From the NCBI GenBank assembly GCA_964016885.1, contig OZ024742.1:342240001-342304000 (forward strand): 64,000 bases of DNA, in the 5' to 3' direction. Origin of the DNA: Eledone cirrhosa. Lineage: Eukaryota. The translations under genes were made by a program, and so were the position numbers. Position 1 is the first letter of the stretch, and each line of letters starts with the position of its first letter. Shown here in pieces: positions 15,301 to 30,349 of the stretch. The notes under the pieces were generated by a model. It was not told the DNA's origin and did not search any database. It saw only the letters and a program-made list of their open reading frames with translations.

Positions 15301-17659
15301 GCTCCAGTGGTATGAAGTATGTGATCTACAGTGGTATGAAGTATGTGATCTACAGTGGTATGAAGTATGTGATCTCCAGTGGTATGAAGTATGTGATCTC
15401 CAGTGGTATGAAGTATGTGATCTACAGTGGTATGAAGTATGTGATCTCCAGTGGTATGAAGTATGTGATCTACAGTGGTATGAAGTATGTGATCTACAGT
15501 GGTATGAAGTATGTGATCTACAGTGGTATGAAGTATGTGATCTACAGTGGTATGAAGTATGTGATCTCCAGTGGTATGAAGTATGTGATCTCCAGTGGTA
15601 TGAAGTATGTGATCTGTGGTATGAAGTATGTTATCTACAGTGGTATGAAGTATGTGATCTCCAGTGGTATGAAGTATGTGATCTACAGTGGTATGAAGTA
15701 TGTGATATCCTGTGGTATGAAGTATGTGATATACAGTGGTATGAAGTATGTGATCTCCTGTGGTATGAAGTATGTGATCTCCAGTGGTATGAAGTATGTG
15801 ATCTCCTGTGGTATGAAGAATGTGATCTACAGTGGTATGAAGTATGTGATCTCCAGTGCTATGAAGTATGTGATCTACAGTGGTATGAAGTATGTCAGCT
15901 CCAGTGGTATGAAGTATGTGATCTCCAGTGGTATGAAGTATGTGATCTACAGTGGTATGAAGTATGTGATCTCCAGTGGTATGAAGTATGTGATCTACAG
16001 TGGTATGAAGTATGTGATCTACAGTGGTATGAAGTATGTGATATCCTGTGGTATGAAGTATGTGATATCCTGTGGTATGAAGTATGTGATCTACAGTGGT
16101 ATGAAGTATGTGATCTCCTGTGATATGAAGTATGTCATCTACAGTGGTATGCAGTATGTGATCTACAGTGGTATGAAGTATGTGATCTCCGGGGGTATGA
16201 AGTATGTGATCTACAGTGGTATGAAGTATGTGATATACAGTGGTATGAAGTATGTGATCTCCAGAGGTATGAAGTATGTGATCTACAGTGGTATGAAGTA
16301 TGTGATCTACAGTGGTATGATGTATGTGATCTCCAGTGGTATGAAGTATGTGATCTCCATTGGTATGAAGTATGTGATCTCCAGTGGTATGAAGTATGTG
16401 ATCTACAGTGGTATGAAGTATGTGATCTCCAGTGGTATGAAGTATGTGATCTACAGTGGTATGGAGTATGTGATCTACAGTGTTATGAAGTATGTGATCT
16501 ACAGTGGTATGAAGTATGTGATCTACAGTGGTATGAAGTATGTGATCTCCAGTGGTATGAAGTATGTGATCTCCGTTGGTATGAAGTATGTAATCTCCAG
16601 TGGTATGAAGTATGTGATATCCTGTGGTATGAAGTATGTGATCTCCTGTGGTATGAGGTATGTGATCTACAGTGGTATGAAGTATGTGATATCCTGTGGT
16701 ATGAAGTATGTGATATCCTGTGGTATGAAGTATGTGATCTCCAGTGGTATGAAGTATGTGATCTCCAGTGGTATGAAGTAAGTGATCTCCAGTGGTATGA
16801 AGTATGTGATCTCCAGTGGTATGAAGTATATGATCTTCAGTGGTATGAAGTATGTGATCTTCAGTGGTATGAAGTATGTGATCTACAGTGTTATGAAGTA
16901 TGTGATCTACAGTGGTATGAAGTATGTGATCTACAGTGGTATGAAGTATGTGATCTACAGTGGTATGAAGTATGTGATCTACAGTGGTATGAATTATGTG
17001 ATCTCCAGTGGTATGAAATATGTCAGCTCCAGTGGTATGAAGTATGTGATCTACAGTGGTATGAAGTATGTGATCTACAGTGGTATGAAGTATGTGATCT
17101 CCAGTGGTATGAAGTATGTGATCTACAGTGTTATGAAGTATGTGATCTCCAGTGGTATGAAGTATGTGATCTACAGTGGTATGAAGTATGTGATCTACAG
17201 TGGTATGAAGTATGTCAGCTCCAGTAGTATGATGTATGTGATCTCCAGTGGTATGAAGTATGTGATCAACAGTGGTATGAAGTATGTGATCTCTTGTGGT
17301 ATGAAGTATGTGATCTCCTGTGGTATGAAGTATGTGATCTCCAGTGGTATGAAGTATGTGATCTACAGTGGTATGAAGTATGTGATCTACAGTGGTATGA
17401 AGTATGTGACATCCTGTGGTATGAAGTATATGATCTCCATTGGTATGAAGTATGTGATCTCCAGTGGTATGAAGTATGTGATCTCCAGTGGTATGAAGTA
17501 TGTGATCTCCAGTGGTATGAAGTATGTGATCTACAGTGGTATGAAGTATGTGATCTACAGTGGTATGAAGTATGTGATATCCTGTGGTATGAAGTATGTG
17601 ATCTACAGTGGTATGAAGTATGTGATCTACAGTGGTATGAAGTATGTGATCTCCTGTGG

Positions 17660-20600
17660 TATGAAGTATGTGATCTCCAGTGGTATGAAGTATGTGATCT
17701 ACAGTGATATGAGGTATGTGATCTACAGTGGTATGAAGTATGTGATCTCCTGTGACATGAAGTATGTGATCTACAGTGGTATGAAGTATGTGATCTACAG
17801 TGGTATGAAGTATGTGATCTACAGTGGTATGATGTATGTGATCTCCAGTGGTATGTAGTATGTGATCTCCATTGGTATGAAGTATGTGATCTCCAGTGGT
17901 ATGAAGTATGTGATCTACAGTGGTATGAAGTATGTGATCTCCAGTGGTATGAAGTATGTGATCTACAGTGGTATGAAGTATGTGATCTACAGTGGTATGA
18001 AGTATGTGATCTACAGTGGTATGAAGTATGTGATCTACAGTGGTATGAAGTATGTGATCTCCAGTGGTATGAAGTATGTGATCTCCAGTGGTATGAAATA
18101 TGTGATCTCCAGTGGTATGAAGTATGTGATCTACAGTGGTATGAAGTATGTCAGCTCCAGTGGTATGAAGTGTGTGATCTCCAGTGGTATGAAGTATGTG
18201 ATCTACAGTGGTATGAAGTATGTGATCTCCAGTGGTATGAAGTATGTGATCTACAGTGGTATGAAGTATGCGATATCCTGTGGTATGAAGTATGTGATAT
18301 CCTGTGGTATGAAGTATGTGATCTCCAGTGGTATGAAGTATGTGATCTCCAGTGGTATGAAGTATGTGATCTCCAGTGGTATGAAGTATGTGATCTACAG
18401 TGGTATGAAGTATGTGATCTCCAGTGGTATGAAGTATGTGATCTCCAGTGGTATGAAGTATGTGATCTCCAGTGGTATGAAGTATGTAATCTCCAGTGGT
18501 ATGAAGTATGTGATATCCTGTGGTATGAAGTATGTGATCTCCTGTGGTATGAGGTATGTGATCTACAGTGGTATGAAGTATGTGATATCCTGTGGTATGA
18601 AGTATGTGATATCCTGTGGTATGAAGTATGTGATCTCCAGTGGTATGAAGTATGTGATCTCCAGTGGTATGAAGATTGTGATCCCCAGTGGTATGAAGTA
18701 TGTCATCTACAGTGGTATGAAGTATGTGATCTTCAGTGGTATGAAGTATGTGATCTACAGTGGTATGAAGTATGTCATCTACAGTGGTATGAAGTATGTC
18801 ATCTACAGTGGTATGAAGTATGTGATCTACAGTGGTATGAAGTATGTGATCTACAGTGGTATGAAGTATGTGATCTACAGTGGTATGAATTATGTGATCT
18901 CCAGTGGTATGAAATATGTCAGCTCCAGTGGTATGAAGTATGTGATCTACAGTGGTATGAAGTATGTGATCTACAGTGGTATGAAGTATGTGATCTCCAG
19001 TGGTATGAAGTATGTGATCTCCAGTGGTATGAAGTATGTGATCTACAGTGGTATGAAGTATGTGATCTCCAGTGGTATGAAGTATGTGATCTACAGTGGT
19101 ATGAAGTATGTGATCTACAGTGGTATGAAGTATGTGATCTACAGTGGTATGAAGTATGTGATCTACAGTGGTATGAAGTATGTGATCTCCAGTGGTATGA
19201 AGTATGTGATCTCCAGTGGTATGAAGTATGTGATCTGTGGTATGAAGTATGTTATCTACAGTGGTATGAAGTATGTGATCTCCAGTGGTATGAAGCATGT
19301 GATCTACAGTGGTATGAAGTATGTGATATCCTGTGGTATGAAGTATGTGATATACAGTGGTATGAAGTATGTGATCTCCTGTGGTATGAAGTATGTGATA
19401 TCCAGTGGTATGAAGTATGTGATCTCCTGTGGTATGAAGAATGTGATCTACAGTGGTATGAAGTATGTGATCTCCAGTGCTATGAAGTATGTGATCTACA
19501 GTGGTATGAAGTATGTCAGCTCCAGTGGTATGAAGTATGTGATCTCCAGTGGTATGAAGTATGTGATCTACAGTGGTATGAAGTATGTGATCTCCAGTGG
19601 TATGAAGTATGTGATCTACAGTGGTATGAAGTATGTGATCTACAGTGGTATGAAGTATGTGATATCCTGTGGTATGAAGTATGTGATATCCTGTGGTATG
19701 AAGTATGTGATCTACAGTGGTATGATGTATGTGATCTCCTGTGATATGAAGTATGTCATCTACAGTGGTATGCAGTATGTGATCTACAGTGGTATGAAGT
19801 ATGTGATCTCCGGGGGTATGAAGTATGTGATCTACAGTGGTATGAAGTATGTGATCTCCAGTGGTATGAAGTATGTCAGCTCCAGTGGTATGAAGTATGT
19901 GATCTACTGTGGTATGAATTATGTGATCTACAGTGGTATGATGTATGTGATATCCAGTGGTATGAAGTATGTGATCTCCATTGGTATGAAGTATGTGATC
20001 TGCAGTGATATGAAGTATGTGATCTACAGTGGTATGAAGTATGTGATCTTCAGTGGTATGAAGTATGTGATCTGCAGTGCTATGAAGTATGTGATCTACA
20101 GTGGAATGAAGTATGTGATCTCCAGTGGTATGAAGTATGTGATCTACAGTGGTATGAAGTATGTGATATCCTGTGGTATGAAGTATGTGATCTCCATTGG
20201 TATGAAGTATGTGATCTCCAGTGGTATGAAGTATGTGATCTCCAGTGGTATGAAGTATGTGATCTACAGTGGTATGAAGTATGTGATCTACAGTGGTATG
20301 AAGTATGTGATCTACAGTGGTATGAAGTATGTGATATCCTGTGGTATGAAGTATATGATCTCCATTGGTATGAAGTATGTGATCTCCAGTGGTATGAAGT
20401 ATGTGATCTCCAGTGGTATGAAGTATGTGATCTACAGTGATATGAGGTATGTGATCTACAGTGGTATGAAGTATGTGATCTCCTGTGACATGAAGTATGT
20501 GATCTACAGTGGTATGAAGTATGTGATCTACAGTGGTATGAAGTATGTGATCTACAGTGGTATGATGTATGTGATCTCCAGTGGTATGTAGTATGTGATC

Positions 20601-23165
20601 TCCATTGGTATGAAGTATGTGATCTCCAGTGGTATGAAGTATGTGATCTACAGTGGTATGAAGTATGTGATCTCCAGTGGTATGAAGTATGTGATCTACA
20701 GTGGTATGAAGTATGTGATCTACAGTGGTATGAAGTATGTGATCTACAGTGGTATGAAGTATGTGATCTACAGTGGTATGAAGTATGTGATCTCCAGTGG
20801 TATGAAGTATGTGATCTCCAGTGGTATGAAATATGTGATCTCCAGTGGTATGAAGTATGTGATCTACAGTGGTATGAAGTATGTCAGCTCCAGTGGTATG
20901 AAGTGTGTGATCTCCAGTGGTATGAAGTATGTGATCTACAGTGGTATGAAGTATGTGATCTCCAGTGGTATGAAGTATGTGATCTACAGTGGTATGAAGT
21001 ATGCGATATCCTGTGGTATGAAGTATGTGATATCCTGTGGTATGAAGTATGTGATCTCCAGTGGTATGAAGTATGTGATCTCCAGTGGTATGAAGTATGT
21101 GATCTCCAGTGGTATGAAGTATGTGATCTACAGTGGTATGAAGTATGTGATCTCCAGTGGTATGAAGTATGTGATCTCCAGTGGTATGAAGTATGTGATC
21201 TCCAGTGGTATGAAGTATGTAATCTCCAGTGGTATGAAGTATGTGATATCCTGTGGTATGAAGTATGTGATCTCCTGTGGTATGAGGTATGTGATCTACA
21301 GTGGTATGAAGTATGTGATATCCTGTGGTATGAAGTATGTGATATCCTGTGGTATGAAGTATGTGATCTCCAGTGGTATGAAGTATGTGATCTCCAGTGG
21401 TATGAAGATTGTGATCCCCAGTGGTATGAAGTATGTCATCTACAGTGGTATGAAGTATGTGATCTTCAGTGGTATGAAGTATGTGATCTACAGTGGTATG
21501 AAGTATGTCATCTACAGTGGTATGAAGTATGTCATCTACAGTGGTATGAAGTATGTGATCTACAGTGGTATGAAGTATGTGATCTACAGTGGTATGAAGT
21601 ATGTGATCTACAGTGGTATGAATTATGTGATCTCCAGTGGTATGAAATATGTCAGCTCCAGTGGTATGAAGTATGTGATCTACAGTGGTATGAAGTATGT
21701 GATCTACAGTGGTATGAAGTATGTGATCTCCAGTGGTATGAAGTATGTGATCTCCAGTGGTATGAAGTATGTGATCTACAGTGGTATGAAGTATGTGATC
21801 TCCAGTGGTATGAAGTATGTGATCTACAGTGGTATGAAGTATGTGATCTACAGTGGTATGAAGTATGTGATCTACAGTGGTATGAAGTATGTGATCTACA
21901 GTGGTATGAAGTATGTGATCTCCAGTGGTATGAAGTATGTGATCTCCAGTGGTATGAAGTATGTGATCTGTGGTATGAAGTATGTTATCTACAGTGGTAT
22001 GAAGTATGTGATCTCCAGTGGTATGAAGCATGTGATCTACAGTGGTATGAAGTATGTGATATCCTGTGGTATGAAGTATGTGATATACAGTGGTATGAAG
22101 TATGTGATCTCCTGTGGTATGAAGTATGTGATATCCAGTGGTATGAAGTATGTGATCTCCTGTGGTATGAAGAATGTGATCTACAGTGGTATGAAGTATG
22201 TGATCTCCAGTGCTATGAAGTATGTGATCTACAGTGGTATGAAGTATGTCAGCTCCAGTGGTATGAAGTATGTGATCTCCAGTGGTATGAAGTATGTGAT
22301 CTACAGTGGTATGAAGTATGTGATCTCCAGTGGTATGAAGTATGTGATCTACAGTGGTATGAAGTATGTGATCTACAGTGGTATGAAGTATGTGATATCC
22401 TGTGGTATGAAGTATGTGATATCCTGTGGTATGAAGTATGTGATCTACAGTGGTATGATGTATGTGATCTCCTGTGATATGAAGTATGTCATCTACAGTG
22501 GTATGCAGTATGTGATCTACAGTGGTATGAAGTATGTGATCTCCGGGGGTATGAAGTATGTGATCTACAGTGGTATGAAGTATGTGATCTCCAGTGGTAT
22601 GAAGTATGTCAGCTCCAGTGGTATGAAGTATGTGATCTACTGTGGTATGAATTATGTGATCTACAGTGGTATGATGTATGTGATATCCAGTGGTATGAAG
22701 TATGTGATCTCCATTGGTATGAAGTATGTGATCTGCAGTGATATGAAGTATGTGATCTACAGTGGTATGAAGTATGTGATCTTCAGTGGTATGAAGTATG
22801 TGATCTGCAGTGCTATGAAGTATGTGATCTACAGTGGAATGAAGTATGTGATCTCCAGTGGTATGAAGTATGTGATCTACAGTGGTATGAAGTATGTGAT
22901 ATCCTGTGGTATGAAGTATGTGATCTCCATTGGTATGAAGTATGTGATCTCCAGTGGTATGAAGTATGTGATCTCCAGTGGTATGAAGTATGTGATCTAC
23001 AGTGGTATGAAGTATGTGATCTACAGTGGTATGAAGTATGTGATCTACAGTGGTATGAAGTATGTGATATCCTGTGGTATGAAGTATATGATCTCCATTG
23101 GTATGAAGTATGTGATCTCCAGTGGTATGAAGTATGTGATCTCCAGTGGTATGAAGTATGTGATC
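17660..23165. repeat. Tandem block duplication, period 2,733 bp (114 monomers, one of 21 bp), 2 copies
   Basis: ORFs 17862/20595 and 18170..19744/20903..22477, the 21-bp monomers at 19232/21965, and the rare GCGATATCC and GATCCCC variants all recur at +2733. Confidence 0.93.
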
Positions 23166-25090
23166 TCCAGTGGTATGAAGTATGTGATCTACAGTGGTAT
23201 GAAGTATGTGATCTACAGTGGTATGAAGTATGTGATATCCTGTGGTATGAAGTATGTGATCTACAGTGGTATGAAGTATGTGATCTACAGTGGTATGAAG
23301 TATGTGATCTCCTGTGGTATGAAGTATGTGATCTCCAGTGGTATGAAATATGTGATCTACAGTGATATGAGGTATGTGATCTACAGTGGTATGAAGTATG
23401 TGATCTCCTGTGATATGAAGTATGTGATCTACAGTGGTATGAAGTATGTGATATCCTGTGGTATAAAGTATGTGATCTCCTGTGGTATGAAGAATGTGAT
23501 CTACATTGGTATGAAGTATGTGATCTCCAGTGCTATGAAGTATGTGATCTACAGTGGTATGAAGTATGTCAGCTCCAGTGGTATGAAGTATGTGATCTCC
23601 AGTGGTATGAAGTATGTGATCTACAGTGGTATGAAGTATGTAATCTCCAGTGGTATGAAGTATGTGATCTACAGTGGTATGAAGTATGTGATCTACAGTG
23701 GTATGAAGTATGTGATATCCTGTGGTATGAAGTATGTGATATCCTGTGGTATGAAGTATGTGATCTACAGTGGTATGAAGTATGTGATCTCCTGTGATAT
23801 GAAGTATGTCATCTACAGTGGTATGCAGTATGTGATCTACAGTGGTATGAAGTATGTGATCTCCGGGTGTATGAAGTATGTGATCTACAGTGGTATGAAG
23901 TATGTGATCTCCAGTGGTATGAAGTATGTCAGCTCCAGTGGTATGAAGTATGTGATCTACAGTGGTATGAAGTATGTGATCTACAGTGGTATGATGTATG
24001 TGATATCCAGTGGTATGAAGTATGTGATCTCCATTGGTATGAAGTATGTGATCTGCAGTGATATGAAGTATGTGATCTACAGTGGTATGAAGTATGTGAT
24101 CTTCAGTGGTATGAAGTATGTGATCTCCAGTGCTATGAAGTATGTGATCTACAGTGGTATGAAGTATGTGATCTCCAGTGGTATGAAGTATGTGATCTCC
24201 AGTGGTATGAAGTATGTGATCTCCAGTGGTATGAAGTATGTGATCTCCAGTGGTGTGAAGTATGTGATCTCCAGTGGTATGAAGTATGTGATCTACAGTG
24301 GTGTGAAGTATGTGATCTACAGTGGTATGAAGTATGTGATATCCTGTGGTATGAAGTATGTGATCTCCGTTGGTATGAAGTATGTGATCTCCAGTGGTAT
24401 GAAGTATGTGATCTCCAGTGGTATGAAGTATGTGATCTCCAGTGGTATGAAGTATGTGATCGACAGTGGTATGAAGTATGTGATCTATAGTGGTATGAAG
24501 TATGTGACATCCTGTGGTATGAAGTATATGATCTCCATTGGTATGAAGTATGTGATCTCCAGTGGTATGAAGTATGTGATCTCCAGTGGTATGAAGTATG
24601 TGATCTACAGTGGTATGAAGTATGTGATCTACAGTGGTATGAAGTATGTGATATCCTGTGGTATGAAGTATGTGATCTACAGTGGTATGAAGTATGTGAT
24701 CTCCTGTGGTATGATGTATGTGATCTCCAGTGGTATGAAGTATGTGATCTACAGTGATATGAGGTATGTGATCTACAGTGGTATGAAGTATGTGATCTCC
24801 TGTGATATGAAGTATGTGATCTACAGTGGTATGAAGTATGTGATATAGAGTGGTATGAAGTATGTGATCTCCAGTGGTATGAAGTATGTGATCTACAGTG
24901 GTATGAAGTATGTGATCTACAGTGGTATGATGTATGTGATCTCCAGTGGTATGAAGTATGTGATCTCCATTGGTATGAAGTATGTGATCTCCAGTGGTAT
25001 GAAGTATGTGATCTACAGTGGTATGAAGTATGTGATCTCCAGTGGTATGAAGTATGTGATCTACAGTGGTATGGAGTATGTGATCTAAAG

Positions 25091-27607
25091 TGGTATGAAG
25101 TATGTGATCTACAGTGGTATGAAGTATGTGATCTACAGTGGTATGAAGTATGTGATCTACAGTGGTATGAAGTATGTGATCTCCAGTGGTATGAAGTATG
25201 TGATCTCCAGTGGTATGAAGTATGTGATCTCCTGTGGTATGAAGTATGTGATCTACAGTGGTATGAAGTTTGTGATCTCCAGTGGTATGAAGTATGTGAT
25301 CTACAGTGGTATGAAGTATGTGATATCCTGTGGTATGAAGTGTGTGATCTACAGTGGTATGAAGTATGTGATCTCCTGTGGTATGAAGTATGTGATCTCC
25401 AGTGGTATGAAGTATGTGATCTCCTGTGGCATGAAGAATGTGATCTACAGTGGTATGACATATGTGATCTCTAGTGGTATGAATTATGTGATCTACAGTA
25501 GTATGAAGTAAGTCAGCTCCAGTGGTATGAAGTATGTGATCTACAGTGGTATGAATTATGTGATCTACAGTGGTATGAAGTATGTGATCTCCAGTGGTAT
25601 GAAGTATGTGATCTACAGTGGTATGAAGTATGTGATCTACAGTGGTATGAAGTATGTGATATCCTGTGGTATGAAGTATGTGATATCCTGTGGTATGAAG
25701 TATGTGATCTCCAGTGGTATGAAGTATGTGATCTCCAGTGGTATGAAGTATGTGATCTCCAGTGGTATGAAGTATGTGATCTACAGTGGTATGAAGTATG
25801 TGATCTACAGTGGTATGAAGTATGTGATCTCCAGTGGTATGAAGTATGTGATCTCCGGTGGTATGAAGTATGTAATCTCCAGTGGTATGAAGTATGTGAT
25901 ATCCTGTGGTATGAAGTATGTGATCTCCTGTGGTATGAGGTATGTGATCTACAGTGGTATGAAGTATGTGATATCCTGTGGTATGAAGTATGTGATATCC
26001 TGTGGTATGAAGTATGTGATCTCCAGTGGTATGAAGTATGTGATCTCCAGTGGTATGAAGTAAGTGATCTCCAGTGGTATGAAGTATGTGATCTCCAGTG
26101 GTATGAAGTATATGATCTTCAGTGGTATGAAGTATTTGATCTACAGTGGTATGAAGTATGTGATCTACAGTGTTATGAAGTATGTGATCTACAGGGGTAT
26201 GAAGTATGTGATCTACAGTGGTATGAAGTATGTGATCTACAGTGGTATGAAGTATGTGATCTACAGTGGTATGAATTATGTGATCTCCAGTGGTATGAAA
26301 TATGTCAGCTCCAGTGGTATGAAGTATGTGATCTACAGTGGTATGAAGTATGTGATCTACAGTGGTATGAAGTATGTGATCTACAGTGGTATGAAGTATG
26401 TGATCTCCAGTGGTATGAAGTATGTGATCTCCAGTGGTATGAAGTATGTGATCTCCTGTGGTATGAAGTATGTGATCTACAGTGGTATGAAGTTTGTGAT
26501 CTCCAGTGGTATGAAGTATGTGATCTACAGTGGTATGAAGTATGTGATATCCTGTGGTATGAAGTGTGTGATCTACAGTGGTATGAAGTATGTGATCTCC
26601 TGTGGTATGAAGTATGTGATCTCCAGTGGTATGAAGTATGTGATCTCCTGTGGCATGAAGAATGTGATCTACAGTGGTATGACATATGTGATCTCTAGTG
26701 GTATGAATTATGTGATCTACAGTAGTATGAAGTAAGTCAGCTCCAGTGGTATGAAGTATGTGATCTACAGTGGTATGAATTATGTGATCTACAGTGGTAT
26801 GAAGTATGTGATCTCCAGTGGTATGAAGTATGTGATCTACAGTGGTATGAAGTATGTGATCTACAGTGGTATGAAGTATGTGATATCCTGTGGTATGAAG
26901 TATGTGATATCCTGTGGTATGAAGTATGTGATCTCCAGTGGTATGAAGTATGTGATCTCCAGTGGTATGAAGTATGTGATCTCCAGTGGTATGAAGTATG
27001 TGATCTACAGTGGTATGAAGTATGTGATCTACAGTGGTATGAAGTATGTGATCTCCAGTGGTATGAAGTATGTGATCTCCGGTGGTATGAAGTATGTAAT
27101 CTCCAGTGGTATGAAGTATGTGATATCCTGTGGTATGAAGTATGTGATCTCCTGTGGTATGAGGTATGTGATCTACAGTGGTATGAAGTATGTGATATCC
27201 TGTGGTATGAAGTATGTGATATCCTGTGGTATGAAGTATGTGATCTCCAGTGGTATGAAGTATGTGATCTCCAGTGGTATGAAGTAAGTGATCTCCAGTG
27301 GTATGAAGTATGTGATCTCCAGTGGTATGAAGTATATGATCTTCAGTGGTATGAAGTATTTGATCTACAGTGGTATGAAGTATGTGATCTACAGTGTTAT
27401 GAAGTATGTGATCTACAGGGGTATGAAGTATGTGATCTACAGTGGTATGAAGTATGTGATCTACAGTGGTATGAAGTATGTGATCTACAGTGGTATGAAT
27501 TATGTGATCTCCAGTGGTATGAAATATGTCAGCTCCAGTGGTATGAAGTATGTGATCTACAGTGGTATGAAGTATGTGATCTACAGTGGTATGAAGTATG
27601 TGATCTC
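25091..27607. repeat. Tandem block duplication, period 1,224 bp (51 monomers), 2 copies
   Basis: Stops 25511/26735 and 26063/27287, and the rare TATTTG and TACAGGGG variants, recur at +1224. Confidence 0.93.
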
Positions 27608-30349
27608 CAGTGGTATGAAGTATGTGATCTACAGTGGTATGAAGTATGTGATCTCCAGTGGTATGAAGTATGTGATCTACAGTGGTATGAAGTATGTGAT
27701 CTACAGTGGTATGAAGTATGTCAGCTCCAGTGGTATGATGTATGTGATCTCCAGTGGTATGAAGTATGTGATCAACAGTGGTATGAAGTATGTGATCTCC
27801 TGTGGTATGAAGTATGTGATCTCCTGTGGTATGAAGTATGTGATCTCCAGTGGTATGAAGTATGTGATCTAAAGTGGTATGAAGTATGTGATCTACAGTG
27901 GTATGAAGTATGTGACATCCTGTGGTATGAAGTATATGATCTCCATTGGTATGAAGTATGTGATCTCCAGTGGTATGAAGTATGTGATCTCCAGTGGTAT
28001 GAAGTATGTGATCTCCAGTGGTATGAAGTATGTGATCTACAGTGGTATGAAGTATGTGATCTACAGTGGTATGAAGTATGTGATATCCTGTGGTATGAAG
28101 TATGTGATCTACAGTGGTATGAAGTATGTGATCTACAGTGGTATGAAGTATGTGATCTCCTGTGGTATGAAGTATGTGATCTCCAGTGGTATGAAGTATG
28201 TGATCTACAGTGATATGAGGTATGTGATCTACAGTGGTATGAAGTATGTGATCTCCTGTGACATGAAGTATGTGATCTACAGTGGTATGAAGTATGTGAT
28301 CTACAGTGGTATGAAGTATGTGATCTACAGTGGTATGATGTATGTGATCTCCAGTGGTATGAAGTATGTGATCTCCATTTGTATGAAGTATGTGATCTCC
28401 AGTGGTATGAAGTATGTGATCTACAGTGGTATGAAGTATGTGATCTCCAGTGGTATGAAGTATGTGATCTACAGTGGTATGAAGTATGTGATCTACAGTG
28501 GTATGAAGTATGTGATCTACAGTGGTATGAAGTATGTGATCTACAGTGGTATGAAGTATGTGATCTCCAGTGGTATGAAGTATGTGATCTCCAGTGGTAT
28601 GAAGTATGTGATCTACTGTGGTATGAAGTATGTGATCTACAGTGGTATGAAGTTTGTGATCTCCAGTGGTATGAAGTATGTGATCTACAGTGGTATGAAG
28701 TATGTGATATCCTGTGGTATGAAGTGTGTGATCTACAGTGGTATGAAGTATGTGATCTCCTGTGGTATGAAGTATGTGATCTCCAGTGGTATGAAGTATG
28801 TGATCTCCTGTGGTATGAAGAATGTGATCTACAGTGGTATGAAATATGTGATCTCCAGTGGTATGAAGTATGTGATCTACAGTGGTATGAAGTATGTCAG
28901 CTCCAGTGGTATGAAGTGTGTGATCTCCAGTGGTATGAAGTATGTGATCTACAGTGGTATGAAGTATGTGATCTCCAGTGGTATGAAGTATGTGATCTAC
29001 AGTGGTATGAAGTATGTGATCTACAGTGGTATGAAGTATGTGATATCCTGTGGTATGAAGTATGTGATATCCTGTGGTATGAAGTATGTGATCTCCAGTG
29101 GTATGAAGTATGTGATCTCCAGTGGTATGAAGTATGTGATCTCCAGTGGTATGAAGTATGTGATCTACAGTGGTATGAAGTATGTGATCTCCAGTGGTAT
29201 GAAGTATGTGATCTCCAGTGGTATGAAGTATGTGATCTCCAGTGGTATGAAGTATGTAATCTCCAGTGGTATGAAGTATGTGATATCCTGTGGTATGAAG
29301 TATGTGATCTCCTGTGGAATGAGGTATGTGATCTACAGTGCTATGAAGTATGTGATATCCTGTGGTATGAAGTATGTGATATCCTGTGGTATGAAGTATG
29401 TGATCTCCAGTGGTATGAAGTATGTGATCTCCAGTGGTATGAAGATTGTGATCTCCAGTGGTATGAAGTATGTGATCTCCAGTGGTATGAAGTATGCGAT
29501 CTTCAGTGGTATGAAGTATGTGATCTACAGTGGTATGAAGTATGTCATCTACAGTGGTATGAAGTATGTCATCTACAGTGGTATGAAGTATGTGATCTAC
29601 AGTGGTATGAAGTATGTGATCTACAGTGGTATGAAGTATGTGATCTACAGTGGTATGAATTATGTGATCTCCAGTGGTATGAAATATGTCAGCTCCAGTG
29701 GTATGAAGTATGTGATCTACAGTGGTATGAAGTATGTGATCTACAGTGGTATGAAGTATGTGATCTCCAGTGGTATGAAGTATGTGATCTCCAGTGGTAT
29801 GAAGTATGTGATCTACAGTGGTATGAAGTATGTGATCTCCAGTGGTATGAAGTATGTGATCTACAGTGGTATGAAGTATGTGATCTACAGTGGTATGAAG
29901 TATGTGATCTACAGTGGTATGAAGTATGTGATCTACAGTGGTATGAAGTATGTGATCTCCAGTGGTATGAAGTATGTGATCTCCAGTGGTATGAAGTATG
30001 TGATCTGTGGTATGAAGTATGTTATCTACAGTGGTATGAAGTATGTGATCTCCAGTGGTATGAAGTATGTGATCTACAGTGGTATGAAGTATGTGATATC
30101 CTGTGGTATGAAGTATGTGATATACAGTGGTATGAAGTATGTGATCACCTGTGGTATGAAGTATGTGATCTCCAGTGGTATGACGTATGTGATCTCCTGT
30201 GGTATGAAGAATGTGATCTACAGTGGTATGAAGTATGTGATCTCCAGTGCTATGAAGTATGTGATCTACAGTGGTATGAAGTATGTCAGCTCCAGTGGTA
30301 TGAAGTATGTGATCTCCAGTGGTATGAAGTATGTGATCTACAGTGGTAT

